A stretch of 64,000 nucleotides of DNA from Macrostomum hystrix (taxonomy: Eukaryota > Animalia > Platyhelminthes), in NCBI GenBank assembly GCA_950097015.1, contig CATNEN010000039.1, positions 12,648,001 through 12,712,000 on the forward strand, read 5' to 3'. Made by a program: the position numbers and the translations under genes. Below are positions 23,701 to 38,700 of the stretch, piece after piece; position 1 is the first letter of the stretch; every line of letters starts with the position of its first letter. The notes beneath the pieces were generated by a model. It was given only the letters and a program-made list of their open reading frames with translations. It had not been told where the DNA came from and made no database searches.

Positions 23701-26700
23701 AAAACTAATAAAATACAAAAGCTAGTGGTGCCTGCCGTAGAAAAGTACACAAATTTGCAAACTTGATAAAGCAATTCGCTGCATGATTACTCTTTCATTG
23801 GTTGCTTGCAATTCTTATAGTTGCCAATCAAAAATATATTGTTTTCAAAGATTGACTGATTGATTTGTCCAACCAATATTACAATATACTCGACTGAATT
23901 GAGTATATATGCCAGTTTGGCCGCTTCCAGCCAGTGGCAACGGCCATACCACGTTGAAAACACCGGTTCTCGTCCGATCACCGAAGTTAAGCAACGTTGG
24001 GTTTGGTTAGTACTTGGATGGGTGACCGCCTGGGAATACCAAATGCTGTTGTCTTTTTTGCCTTTTCTACCATGCAATTAACTAAAACCACAGACAGCAC
24101 AGGTCTGGCCTGGCCTAGCCGGGCCTCATTATTCAATTAAATAAATTGCGTCGGTTTTATTACAATTTACATTTTACACCAACTGCGAGACTGCATTATG
24201 CAATCATTCTCAATCTACATCTATAGATGTAAAAAATGCACAACAGCATCGATTGATCGATACCTGAGCGAGCCAGCTTATACTAATTTGGTTGCAGTTT
24301 GATCTAAATTTCTCTGTTGATCTTGGCTTTTTCCAAACATATCGGCCTGCAAGTACAAAATTACTAGGTGCATAATTTTTGCCTGCTCTCCCCGGCATCG
24401 AGTACTTGCAGTAAGGTACCCTTGGCCGATACTAAAATGCCTTCGGGACGCCCTAGCTAAAACAATAGTTAATTGGCGAGGCGAAATTTGATTATCGAAC
24501 CTTTGCCGAATTCAGTCGGTCTCTTACTGCGAAGACTCTCTTTTTTGCATGGTAAGACACCGTGCGGATCCAATTGAGCGATCTGCTGTATTTTTGACAA
24601 GCCGCACCCAGACTGCGGCTGCCTAATAAAACTAATAAAATACAAAAGCTAGTGGTGCCTGCCGTAGAAAAGTACACAAATTTGCAAACTTGATAAAGCA
24701 ATTCGCTGCATGATTACTCTTTCATTGGTTGCTTGCAATTCTTATAGTTGCCAATCAAAAATATATTGTTTTCAAAGATTGACTGATTGATTTGTCCAAC
24801 CAATATTACAATATACTCGACTGAATTGAGTATATATGCCAGTTTGGCCGCTTCCAGCCAGTGGCAACGGCCATACCACGTTGAAAACACCGGTTCTCGT
24901 CCGATCACCGAAGTTAAGCAACGTTGGGTTTGGTTAGTACTTGGATGGGTGACCGCCTGGGAATACCAAATGCTGTTGTCTTTTTTGCCTTTTCTACCAT
25001 GCAATTAACTAAAACCACAGACAGCACAGGTCTGGCCTGGCCTAGCCGGGCCTCATTATTCAATTAAATAAATTGCGTCGGTTTTATTACAATTTACATT
25101 TTACACCAACTGCGAGACTGCATTATGCAATCATTCTCAATCTACATCTATAGATGTAAAAAATGCACAACAGCATCGATTGATCGATACCTGAGCGAGC
25201 CAGCTTATACTAATTTGGTTGCAGTTTGATCTAAATTTCTCTGTTGATCTTGGCTTTTTCCAAACATATCGGCCTGCAAGTACAAAATTACTAGGTGCAT
25301 AATTTTTGCCTGCTCTCCCCGGCATCGAGTACTTGCAGTAAGGTACCCTTGGCCGATACTAAAATGCCTTCGGGACGCCCTAGCTAAAACAATAGTTAAT
25401 TGGCGAGGCGAAATTTGATTATCGAACCTTTGCCGAATTCAGTCGGTCTCTTACTGCGAAGACTCTCTTTTTTGCATGGTAAGACACCGTGCGGATCCAA
25501 TTGAGCGATCTGCTGTATTTTTGACAAGCCGCACCCAGACTGCGGCTGCCTAATAAAACTAATAAAATACAAAAGCTAGTGGTGCCTGCCGTAGAAAAGT
25601 ACACAAATTTGCAAACTTGATAAAGCAATTCGCTGCATGATTACTCTTTCATTGGTTGCTTGCAATTCTTATAGTTGCCAATCAAAAATATATTGTTTTC
25701 AAAGATTGACTGATTGATTTGTCCAACCAATATTACAATATACTCGACTGAATTGAGTATATATGCCAGTTTGGCCGCTTCCAGCCAGTGGCAACGGCCA
25801 TACCACGTTGAAAACACCGGTTCTCGTCCGATCACCGAAGTTAAGCAACGTTGGGTTTGGTTAGTACTTGGATGGGTGACCGCCTGGGAATACCAAATGC
25901 TGTTGTCTTTTTTGCCTTTTCTACCATGCAATTAACTAAAACCACAGACAGCACAGGTCTGGCCTGGCCTAGCCGGGCCTCATTATTCAATTAAATAAAT
26001 TGCGTCGGTTTTATTACAATTTACATTTTACACCAACTGCGAGACTGCATTATGCAATCATTCTCAATCTACATCTATAGATGTAAAAAATGCACAACAG
26101 CATCGATTGATCGATACCTGAGCGAGCCAGCTTATACTAATTTGGTTGCAGTTTGATCTAAATTTCTCTGTTGATCTTGGCTTTTTCCAAACATATCGGC
26201 CTGCAAGTACAAAATTACTAGGTGCATAATTTTTGCCTGCTCTCCCCGGCATCGAGTACTTGCAGTAAGGTACCCTTGGCCGATACTAAAATGCCTTCGG
26301 GACGCCCTAGCTAAAACAATAGTTAATTGGCGAGGCGAAATTTGATTATCGAACCTTTGCCGAATTCAGTCGGTCTCTTACTGCGAAGACTCTCTTTTTT
26401 GCATGGTAAGACACCGTGCGGATCCAATTGAGCGATCTGCTGTATTTTTGACAAGCCGCACCCAGACTGCGGCTGCCTAATAAAACTAATAAAATACAAA
26501 AGCTAGTGGTGCCTGCCGTAGAAAAGTACACAAATTTGCAAACTTGATAAAGCAATTCGCTGCATGATTACTCTTTCATTGGTTGCTTGCAATTCTTATA
26601 GTTGCCAATCAAAAATATATTGTTTTCAAAGATTGACTGATTGATTTGTCCAACCAATATTACAATATACTCGACTGAATTGAGTATATATGCCAGTTTG

Positions 26701-29700
26701 GCCGCTTCCAGCCAGTGGCAACGGCCATACCACGTTGAAAACACCGGTTCTCGTCCGATCACCGAAGTTAAGCAACGTTGGGTTTGGTTAGTACTTGGAT
26801 GGGTGACCGCCTGGGAATACCAAATGCTGTTGTCTTTTTTGCCTTTCTACCATGCAATTAACTAAAACCACAGACAGCACAGGTCTGGCCTGGCCTAGCC
26901 GGGCCTCATTATTCAATTAAATAAATTGCGTCGGTTTTATTACAATTTACATTTTACACCAACTGCGAGACTGCATTATGCAATCATTCTCAATCTACAT
27001 CTATAGATGTAAAAAATGCACAACAGCATCGATTGATCGATACCTGAGCGAGCCAGCTTATACTAATTTGGTTGCAGTTTGATCTAAATTTCTCTGTTGA
27101 TCTTGGCTTTTTCCAAACATATCGGCCTGCAAGTACAAAATTACTAGGTGCATAATTTTTGCCTGCTCTCCCCGGCATCGAGTACTTGCAGTAAGGTAAC
27201 CTTGGCCGATACTAAAATGCCTTCGGGACGCCCTAGCTAAAACAATAGTTAATTGGCGAGGCGAAATTTGATTATCGAACCTTTGCCGAATTCAGTCGGT
27301 CTCTTACTGCGAAGACTCTCTTTTTTGCATGGTAAGACACCGTGCGGATCCAATTGAGCGATCTGCTGTATTTTTGACAAGCCGCACCCAGACTGCGGCT
27401 GCCTAATAAAACTAATAAAATACAAAAGCTAGTGGTGCCTGCCGTAGAAAAGTACACAAATTTGCAAACTTGATAAAGCAATTCGCTGCATGATTACTCT
27501 TTCATTGGTTGCTTGCAATTCTTATAGTTGCCAATCAAAAATATATTGTTTTCAAAGATTGACTGATTGATTTGTCCAACCAATATTACAATATACTCGA
27601 CTGAATTGAGTATATATGCCAGTTTGGCCGCTTCCAGCCAGTGGCAACGGCCATACCACGTTGAAAACACCGGTTCTCGTCCGATCACCGAAGTTAAGCA
27701 ACGTTGGGTTTGGTTAGTACTTGGATGGGTGACCGCCTGGGAATACCAAATGCTGTTGTCTTTTTTGCCTTTTCTACCATGCAATTAACTAAAACCACAG
27801 ACAGCACAGGTCTGGCCTGGCCTAGCCGGGCCTCATTATTCAATTAAATAAATTGCGTCGGTTTTATTACAATTTACATTTTACACCAACTGCGAGACTG
27901 CATTATGCAATCATTCTCAATCTACATCTATAGATGTAAAAAATGCACAACAGCATCGATTGATCGATACCTGAGCGAGCCAGCTTATACTAATTTGGTT
28001 GCAGTTTGATCTAAATTTCTCTGTTGATCTTGGCTTTTTCCAAACATATCGGCCTGCAAGTACAAAATTACTAGGTGCATAATTTTTGCCTGCTCTCCCC
28101 GGCATCGAGTACTTGCAGTAAGGTACCCTTGGCCGATACTAAAATGCCTTCGGGACGCCCTAGCTAAAACAATAGTTAATTGGCGAGGCGAAATTTGATT
28201 ATCGAACCTTTGCCGAATTCAGTCGGTCTCTTACTGCGAAGACTCTCTTTTTTGCATGGTAAGACACCGTGCGGATCCAATTGAGCGATCTGCTGTATTT
28301 TTGACAAGCCGCACCCAGACTGCGGCTGCCTAATAAAACTAATAAAATACAAAAGCTAGTGGTGCCTGCCGTAGAAAAGTACACAAATTTGCAAACTTGA
28401 TAAAGCAATTCGCTGCATGATTACTCTTTCATTGGTTGCTTGCAATTCTTATAGTTGCCAATCAAAAATATATTGTTTTCAAAGATTGACTGATTGATTT
28501 GTCCAACCAATATTACAATATACTCGACTGAATTGAGTATATATGCCAGTTTGGCCGCTTCCAGCCAGTGGCAACGGCCATACCACGTTGAAAACACCGG
28601 TTCTCGTCCGATCACCGAAGTTAAGCAACGTTGGGTTTGGTTAGTACTTGGATGGGTGACCGCCTGGGAATACCAAATGCTGTTGTCTTTTTTGCCTTTC
28701 TACCATGCAATTAACTAAAACCACAGACAGCACAGGTCTGGCCTGGCCTAGCCGGGCCTCATTATTCAATTAAATAAATTGCGTCGGTTTTATTACAATT
28801 TACATTTTACACCAACTGCGAGACTGCATTATGCAATCATTCTCAATCTACATCTATAGATGTAAAAAATGCACAACAGCATCGATTGATCGATACCTGA
28901 GCGAGCCAGCTTATACTAATTTGGTTGCAGTTTGATCTAAATTTCTCTGTTGATCTTGGCTTTTTCCAAACATATCGGCCTGCAAGTACAAAATTACTAG
29001 GTGCATAATTTTTGCCTGCTCTCCCCGGCATCGAGTACTTGCAGTAAGGTACCCTTGGCCGATACTAAAATGCCTTCGGGACGCCCTAGCTAAAACAATA
29101 GTTAATTGGCGAGGCGAAATTTGATTATCGAACCTTTGCCGAATTCAGTCGGTCTCTTACTGCGAAGACTCTCTTTTTTGCATGGTAAGACACCGTGCGG
29201 ATCCAATTGAGCGATCTGCTGTATTTTTGACAAGCCGCACCCAGACTGCGGCTGCCTAATAAAACTAATAAAATACAAAAGCTAGTGGTGCCTGCCGTAG
29301 AAAAGTACACAAATTTGCAAACTTGATAAAGCAATTCGCTGCATGATTACTCTTTCATTGGTTGCTTGCAATTCTTATAGTTGCCAATCAAAAATATATT
29401 GTTTTCAAAGATTGACTGATTGATTTGTCCAACCAATATTACAATATACTCGACTGAATTGAGTATATATGCCAGTTTGGCCGCTTCCAGCCAGTGGCAA
29501 CGGCCATACCACGTTGAAAACACCGGTTCTCGTCCGATCACCGAAGTTAAGCAACGTTGGGTTTGGTTAGTACTTGGATGGGTGACCGCCTGGGAATACC
29601 AAATGCTGTTGTCTTTTTTGCCTTTTCTACCATGCAATTAACTAAAACCACAGACAGCACAGGTCTGGCCTGGCCTAGCCGGGCCTCATTATTCAATTAA

Positions 29701-32700
29701 ATAAATTGCGTCGGTTTTATTACAATTTACATTTTACACCAACTGCGAGACTGCATTATGCAATCATTCTCAATCTACATCTATAGATGTAAAAAATGCA
29801 CAACAGCATCGATTGATCGATACCTGAGCGAGCCAGCTTATACTAATTTGGTTGCAGTTTGATCTAAATTTCTCTGTTGATCTTGGCTTTTTCCAAACAT
29901 ATCGGCCTGCAAGTACAAAATTACTAGGTGCATAATTTTTGCCTGCTCTCCCCGGCATCGAGTACTTGCAGTAAGGTACCCTTGGCCGATACTAAAATGC
30001 CTTCGGGACGCCCTAGCTAAAACAATAGTTAATTGGCGAGGCGAAATTTGATTATCGAACCTTTGCCGAATTCAGTCGGTCTCTTACTGCGAAGACTCTC
30101 TTTTTTGCATGGTAAGACACCGTGCGGATCCAATTGAGCGATCTGCTGTATTTTTGACAAGCCGCACCCAGACTGCGGCTGCCTAATAAAACTAATAAAA
30201 TACAAAAGCTAGTGGTGCCTGCCGTAGAAAAGTACACAAATTTGCAAACTTGATAAAGCAATTCGCTGCATGATTACTCTTTCATTGGTTGCTTGCAATT
30301 CTTATAGTTGCCAATCAAAAATATATTGTTTTCAAAGATTGACTGATTGATTTGTCCAACCAATATTACAATATACTCGACTGAATTGAGTATATATGCC
30401 AGTTTGGCCGCTTCCAGCCAGTGGCAACGGCCATACCACGTTGAAAACACCGGTTCTCGTCCGATCACCGAAGTTAAGCAACGTTGGGTTTGGTTAGTAC
30501 TTGGATGGGTGACCGCCTGGGAATACCAAATGCTGTTGTCTTTTTTGCCTTTTCTACCATGCAATTAACTAAAACCACAGACAGCACAGGTCTGGCCTGG
30601 CCTAGCCGGGCCTCATTATTCAATTAAATAAATTGCGTCGGTTTTATTACAATTTACATTTTACACCAACTGCGAGACTGCATTATGCAATCATTCTCAA
30701 TCTACATCTATAGATGTAAAAAATGCACAACAGCATCGATTGATCGATACCTGAGCGAGCCAGCTTATACTAATTTGGTTGCAGTTTGATCTAAATTTCT
30801 CTGTTGATCTTGGCTTTTTCCAAACATATCGGCCTGCAAGTACAAAATTACTAGGTGCATAATTTTTGCCTGCTCTCCCCGGCATCGAGTACTTGCAGTA
30901 AGGTAACCTTGGCCGATACTAAAATGCCTTCGGGACGCCCTAGCTAAAACAATAGTTAATTGGCGAGGCGAAATTTGATTATCGAACCTTTGCCGAATTC
31001 AGTCGGTCTCTTACTGCGAAGACTCTCTTTTTTGCATGGTAAGACACCGTGCGGATCCAATTGAGCGATCTGCTGTATTTTTGACAAGCCGCACCCAGAC
31101 TGCGGCTGCCTAATAAAACTAATAAAATACAAAAGCTAGTGGTGCCTGCCGTAGAAAAGTACACAAATTTGCAAACTTGATAAAGCAATTCGCTGCATGA
31201 TTACTCTTTCATTGGTTGCTTGCAATTCTTATAGTTGCCAATCAAAAATATATTGTTTTCAAAGATTGACTGATTGATTTGTCCAACCAATATTACAATA
31301 TACTCGACTGAATTGAGTATATATGCCAGTTTGGCCGCTTCCAGCCAGTGGCAACGGCCATACCACGTTGAAAACACCGGTTCTCGTCCGATCACCGAAG
31401 TTAAGCAACGTTGGGTTTGGTTAGTACTTGGATGGGTGACCGCCTGGGAATACCAAATGCTGTTGTCTTTTTTGCCTTTTCTACCATGCAATTAACTAAA
31501 ACCACAGACAGCACAGGTCTGGCCTGGCCTAGCCGGGCCTCATTATTCAATTAAATAAATTGCGTCGGTTTTATTACAATTTACATTTTACACCAACTGC
31601 GAGACTGCATTATGCAATCATTCTCAATCTACATCTATAGATGTAAAAAATGCACAACAGCATCGATTGATCGATACCTGAGCGAGCCAGCTTATACTAA
31701 TTTGGTTGCAGTTTGATCTAAATTTCTCTGTTGATCTTGGCTTTTTCCAAACATATCGGCCTGCAAGTACAAAATTACTAGGTGCATAATTTTTGCCTGC
31801 TCTCCCCGGCATCGAGTACTTGCAGTAAGGTACCCTTGGCCGATACTAAAATGCCTTCGGGACGCCCTAGCTAAAACAATAGTTAATTGGCGAGGCGAAA
31901 TTTGATTATCGAACCTTTGCCGAATTCAGTCGGTCTCTTACTGCGAAGACTCTCTTTTTTGCATGGTAAGACACCGTGCGGATCCAATTGAGCGATCTGC
32001 TGTATTTTTGACAAGCCGCACCCAGACTGCGGCTGCCTAATAAAACTAATAAAATACAAAAGCTAGTGGTGCCTGCCGTAGAAAAGTACACAAATTTGCA
32101 AACTTGATAAAGCAATTCGCTGCATGATTACTCTTTCATTGGTTGCTTGCAATTCTTATAGTTGCCAATCAAAAATATATTGTTTTCAAAGATTGACTGA
32201 TTGATTTGTCCAACCAATATTACAATATACTCGACTGAATTGAGTATATATGCCAGTTTGGCCGCTTCCAGCCAGTGGCAACGGCCATACCACGTTGAAA
32301 ACACCGGTTCTCGTCCGATCACCGAAGTTAAGCAACGTTGGGTTTGGTTAGTACTTGGATGGGTGACCGCCTGGGAATACCAAATGCTGTTGTCTTTTTT
32401 GCCTTTTCTACCATGCAATTAACTAAAACCACAGACAGCACAGGTCTGGCCTGGCCTAGCCGGGCCTCATTATTCAATTAAATAAATTGCGTCGGTTTTA
32501 TTACAATTTACATTTTACACCAACTGCGAGACTGCATTATGCAATCATTCTCAATCTACATCTATAGATGTAAAAAATGCACAACAGCATCGATTGATCG
32601 ATACCTGAGCGAGCCAGCTTATACTAATTTGGTTGCAGTTTGATCTAAATTTCTCTGTTGATCTTGGCTTTTTCCAAACATATCGGCCTGCAAGTACAAA

Positions 32701-35700
32701 ATTACTAGGTGCATAATTTTTGCCTGCTCTCCCCGGCATCGAGTACTTGCAGTAAGGTACCCTTGGCCGATACTAAAATGCCTTCGGGACGCCCTAGCTA
32801 AAACAATAGTTAATTGGCGAGGCGAAATTTGATTATCGAACCTTTGCCGAATTCAGTCGGTCTCTTACTGCGAAGACTCTCTTTTTTGCATGGTAAGACA
32901 CCGTGCGGATCCAATTGAGCGATCTGCTGTATTTTTGACAAGCCGCACCCAGACTGCGGCTGCCTAATAAAACTAATAAAATACAAAAGCTAGTGGTGCC
33001 TGCCGTAGAAAAGTACACAAATTTGCAAACTTGATAAAGCAATTCGCTGCATGATTACTCTTTCATTGGTTGCTTGCAATTCTTATAGTTGCCAATCAAA
33101 AATATATTGTTTTCAAAGATTGACTGATTGATTTGTCCAACCAATATTACAATATACTCGACTGAATTGAGTATATATGCCAGTTTGGCCGCTTCCAGCC
33201 AGTGGCAACGGCCATACCACGTTGAAAACACCGGTTCTCGTCCGATCACCGAAGTTAAGCAACGTTGGGTTTGGTTAGTACTTGGATGGGTGACCGCCTG
33301 GGAATACCAAATGCTGTTGTCTTTTTTGCCTTTCTACCATGCAATTAACTAAAACCACAGACAGCACAGGTCTGGCCTGGCCTAGCCGGGCCTCATTATT
33401 CAATTAAATAAATTGCGTCGGTTTTATTACAATTTACATTTTACACCAACTGCGAGACTGCATTATGCAATCATTCTCAATCTACATCTATAGATGTAAA
33501 AAATGCACAACAGCATCGATTGATCGATACCTGAGCGAGCCAGCTTATACTAATTTGGTTGCAGTTTGATCTAAATTTCTCTGTTGATCTTGGCTTTTTC
33601 CAAACATATCGGCCTGCAAGTACAAAATTACTAGGTGCATAATTTTTGCCTGCTCTCCCCGGCATCGAGTACTTGCAGTAAGGTACCCTTGGCCGATACT
33701 AAAATGCCTTCGGGACGCCCTAGCTAAAACAATAGTTAATTGGCGAGGCGAAATTTGATTATCGAACCTTTGCCGAATTCAGTCGGTCTCTTACTGCGAA
33801 GACTCTCTTTTTTGCATGGTAAGACACCGTGCGGATCCAATTGAGCGATCTGCTGTATTTTTGACAAGCCGCACCCAGACTGCGGCTGCCTAATAAAACT
33901 AATAAAATACAAAAGCTAGTGGTGCCTGCCGTAGAAAAGTACACAAATTTGCAAACTTGATAAAGCAATTCGCTGCATGATTACTCTTTCATTGGTTGCT
34001 TGCAATTCTTATAGTTGCCAATCAAAAATATATTGTTTTCAAAGATTGACTGATTGATTTGTCCAACCAATATTACAATATACTCGACTGAATTGAGTAT
34101 ATATGCCAGTTTGGCCGCTTCCAGCCAGTGGCAACGGCCATACCACGTTGAAAACACCGGTTCTCGTCCGATCACCGAAGTTAAGCAACGTTGGGTTTGG
34201 TTAGTACTTGGATGGGTGACCGCCTGGGAATACCAAATGCTGTTGTCTTTTTTGCCTTTTCTACCATGCAATTAACTAAAACCACAGACAGCACAGGTCT
34301 GGCCTGGCCTAGCCGGGCCTCATTATTCAATTAAATAAATTGCGTCGGTTTTATTACAATTTACATTTTACACCAACTGCGAGACTGCATTATGCAATCA
34401 TTCTCAATCTACATCTATAGATGTAAAAAATGCACAACAGCATCGATTGATCGATACCTGAGCGAGCCAGCTTATACTAATTTGGTTGCAGTTTGATCTA
34501 AATTTCTCTGTTGATCTTGGCTTTTTCCAAACATATCGGCCTGCAAGTACAAAATTACTAGGTGCATAATTTTTGCCTGCTCTCCCCGGCATCGAGTACT
34601 TGCAGTAAGGTACCCTTGGCCGATACTAAAATGCCTTCGGGACGCCCTAGCTAAAACAATAGTTAATTGGCGAGGCGAAATTTGATTATCGAACCTTTGC
34701 CGAATTCAGTCGGTCTCTTACTGCGAAGACTCTCTTTTTTGCATGGTAAGACACCGTGCGGATCCAATTGAGCGATCTGCTGTATTTTTGACAAGCCGCA
34801 CCCAGACTGCGGCTGCCTAATAAAACTAATAAAATACAAAAGCTAGTGGTGCCTGCCGTAGAAAAGTACACAAATTTGCAAACTTGATAAAGCAATTCGC
34901 TGCATGATTACTCTTTCATTGGTTGCTTGCAATTCTTATAGTTGCCAATCAAAAATATATTGTTTTCAAAGATTGACTGATTGATTTGTCCAACCAATAT
35001 TACAATATACTCGACTGAATTGAGTATATATGCCAGTTTGGCCGCTTCCAGCCAGTGGCAACGGCCATACCACGTTGAAAACACCGGTTCTCGTCCGATC
35101 ACCGAAGTTAAGCAACGTTGGGTTTGGTTAGTACTTGGATGGGTGACCGCCTGGGAATACCAAATGCTGTTGTCTTTTTTGCCTTTTCTACCATGCAATT
35201 AACTAAAACCACAGACAGCACAGGTCTGGCCTGGCCTAGCCGGGCCTCATTATTCAATTAAATAAATTGCGTCGGTTTTATTACAATTTACATTTTACAC
35301 CAACTGCGAGACTGCATTATGCAATCATTCTCAATCTACATCTATAGATGTAAAAAATGCACAACAGCATCGATTGATCGATACCTGAGCGAGCCAGCTT
35401 ATACTAATTTGGTTGCAGTTTGATCTAAATTTCTCTGTTGATCTTGGCTTTTTCCAAACATATCGGCCTGCAAGTACAAAATTACTAGGTGCATAATTTT
35501 TGCCTGCTCTCCCCGGCATCGAGTACTTGCAGTAAGGTACCCTTGGCCGATACTAAAATGCCTTCGGGACGCCCTAGCTAAAACAATAGTTAATTGGCGA
35601 GGCGAAATTTGATTATCGAACCTTTGCCGAATTCAGTCGGTCTCTTACTGCGAAGACTCTCTTTTTTGCATGGTAAGACACCGTGCGGATCCAATTGAGC

Positions 35701-38700
35701 GATCTGCTGTATTTTTGACAAGCCGCACCCAGACTGCGGCTGCCTAATAAAACTAATAAAATACAAAAGCTAGTGGTGCCTGCCGTAGAAAAGTACACAA
35801 ATTTGCAAACTTGATAAAGCAATTCGCTGCATGATTACTCTTTCATTGGTTGCTTGCAATTCTTATAGTTGCCAATCAAAAATATATTGTTTTCAAAGAT
35901 TGACTGATTGATTTGTCCAACCAATATTACAATATACTCGACTGAATTGAGTATATATGCCAGTTTGGCCGCTTCCAGCCAGTGGCAACGGCCATACCAC
36001 GTTGAAAACACCGGTTCTCGTCCGATCACCGAAGTTAAGCAACGTTGGGTTTGGTTAGTACTTGGATGGGTGACCGCCTGGGAATACCAAATGCTGTTGT
36101 CTTTTTTGCCTTTTCTACCATGCAATTAACTAAAACCACAGACAGCACAGGTCTGGCCTGGCCTAGCCGGGCCTCATTATTCAATTAAATAAATTGCGTC
36201 GGTTTTATTACAATTTACATTTTACACCAACTGCGAGACTGCATTATGCAATCATTCTCAATCTACATCTATAGATGTAAAAAATGCACAACAGCATCGA
36301 TTGATCGATACCTGAGCGAGCCAGCTTATACTAATTTGGTTGCAGTTTGATCTAAATTTCTCTGTTGATCTTGGCTTTTTCCAAACATATCGGCCTGCAA
36401 GTACAAAATTACTAGGTGCATAATTTTTGCCTGCTCTCCCCGGCATCGAGTACTTGCAGTAAGGTACCCTTGGCCGATACTAAAATGCCTTCGGGACGCC
36501 CTAGCTAAAACAATAGTTAATTGGCGAGGCGAAATTTGATTATCGAACCTTTGCCGAATTCAGTCGGTCTCTTACTGCGAAGACTCTCTTTTTTGCATGG
36601 TAAGACACCGTGCGGATCCAATTGAGCGATCTGCTGTATTTTTGACAAGCCGCACCCAGACTGCGGCTGCCTAATAAAACTAATAAAATACAAAAGCTAG
36701 TGGTGCCTGCCGTAGAAAAGTACACAAATTTGCAAACTTGATAAAGCAATTCGCTGCATGATTACTCTTTCATTGGTTGCTTGCAATTCTTATAGTTGCC
36801 AATCAAAAATATATTGTTTTCAAAGATTGACTGATTGATTTGTCCAACCAATATTACAATATACTCGACTGAATTGAGTATATATGCCAGTTTGGCCGCT
36901 TCCAGCCAGTGGCAACGGCCATACCACGTTGAAAACACCGGTTCTCGTCCGATCACCGAAGTTAAGCAACGTTGGGTTTGGTTAGTACTTGGATGGGTGA
37001 CCGCCTGGGAATACCAAATGCTGTTGTCTTTTTTGCCTTTTCTACCATGCAATTAACTAAAACCACAGACAGCACAGGTCTGGCCTGGCCTAGCCGGGCC
37101 TCATTATTCAATTAAATAAATTGCGTCGGTTTTATTACAATTTACATTTTACACCAACTGCGAGACTGCATTATGCAATCATTCTCAATCTACATCTATA
37201 GATGTAAAAAATGCACAACAGCATCGATTGATCGATACCTGAGCGAGCCAGCTTATACTAATTTGGTTGCAGTTTGATCTAAATTTCTCTGTTGATCTTG
37301 GCTTTTTCCAAACATATCGGCCTGCAAGTACAAAATTACTAGGTGCATAATTTTTGCCTGCTCTCCCCGGCATCGAGTACTTGCAGTAAGGTAACCTTGG
37401 CCGATACTAAAATGCCTTCGGGACGCCCTAGCTAAAACAATAGTTAATTGGCGAGGCGAAATTTGATTATCGAACCTTTGCCGAATTCAGTCGGTCTCTT
37501 ACTGCGAAGACTCTCTTTTTTGCATGGTAAGACACCGTGCGGATCCAATTGAGCGATCTGCTGTATTTTTGACAAGCCGCACCCAGACTGCGGCTGCCTA
37601 ATAAAACTAATAAAATACAAAAGCTAGTGGTGCCTGCCGTAGAAAAGTACACAAATTTGCAAACTTGATAAAGCAATTCGCTGCATGATTACTCTTTCAT
37701 TGGTTGCTTGCAATTCTTATAGTTGCCAATCAAAAATATATTGTTTTCAAAGATTGACTGATTGATTTGTCCAACCAATATTACAATATACTCGACTGAA
37801 TTGAGTATATATGCCAGTTTGGCCGCTTCCAGCCAGTGGCAACGGCCATACCACGTTGAAAACACCGGTTCTCGTCCGATCACCGAAGTTAAGCAACGTT
37901 GGGTTTGGTTAGTACTTGGATGGGTGACCGCCTGGGAATACCAAATGCTGTTGTCTTTTTTGCCTTTTCTACCATGCAATTAACTAAAACCACAGACAGC
38001 ACAGGTCTGGCCTGGCCTAGCCGGGCCTCATTATTCAATTAAATAAATTGCGTCGGTTTTATTACAATTTACATTTTACACCAACTGCGAGACTGCATTA
38101 TGCAATCATTCTCAATCTACATCTATAGATGTAAAAAATGCACAACAGCATCGATTGATCGATACCTGAGCGAGCCAGCTTATACTAATTTGGTTGCAGT
38201 TTGATCTAAATTTCTCTGTTGATCTTGGCTTTTTCCAAACATATCGGCCTGCAAGTACAAAATTACTAGGTGCATAATTTTTGCCTGCTCTCCCCGGCAT
38301 CGAGTACTTGCAGTAAGGTAACCTTGGCCGATACTAAAATGCCTTCGGGACGCCCTAGCTAAAACAATAGTTAATTGGCGAGGCGAAATTTGATTATCGA
38401 ACCTTTGCCGAATTCAGTCGGTCTCTTACTGCGAAGACTCTCTTTTTTGCATGGTAAGACACCGTGCGGATCCAATTGAGCGATCTGCTGTATTTTTGAC
38501 AAGCCGCACCCAGACTGCGGCTGCCTAATAAAACTAATAAAATACAAAAGCTAGTGGTGCCTGCCGTAGAAAAGTACACAAATTTGCAAACTTGATAAAG
38601 CAATTCGCTGCATGATTACTCTTTCATTGGTTGCTTGCAATTCTTATAGTTGCCAATCAAAAATATATTGTTTTCAAAGATTGACTGATTGATTTGTCCA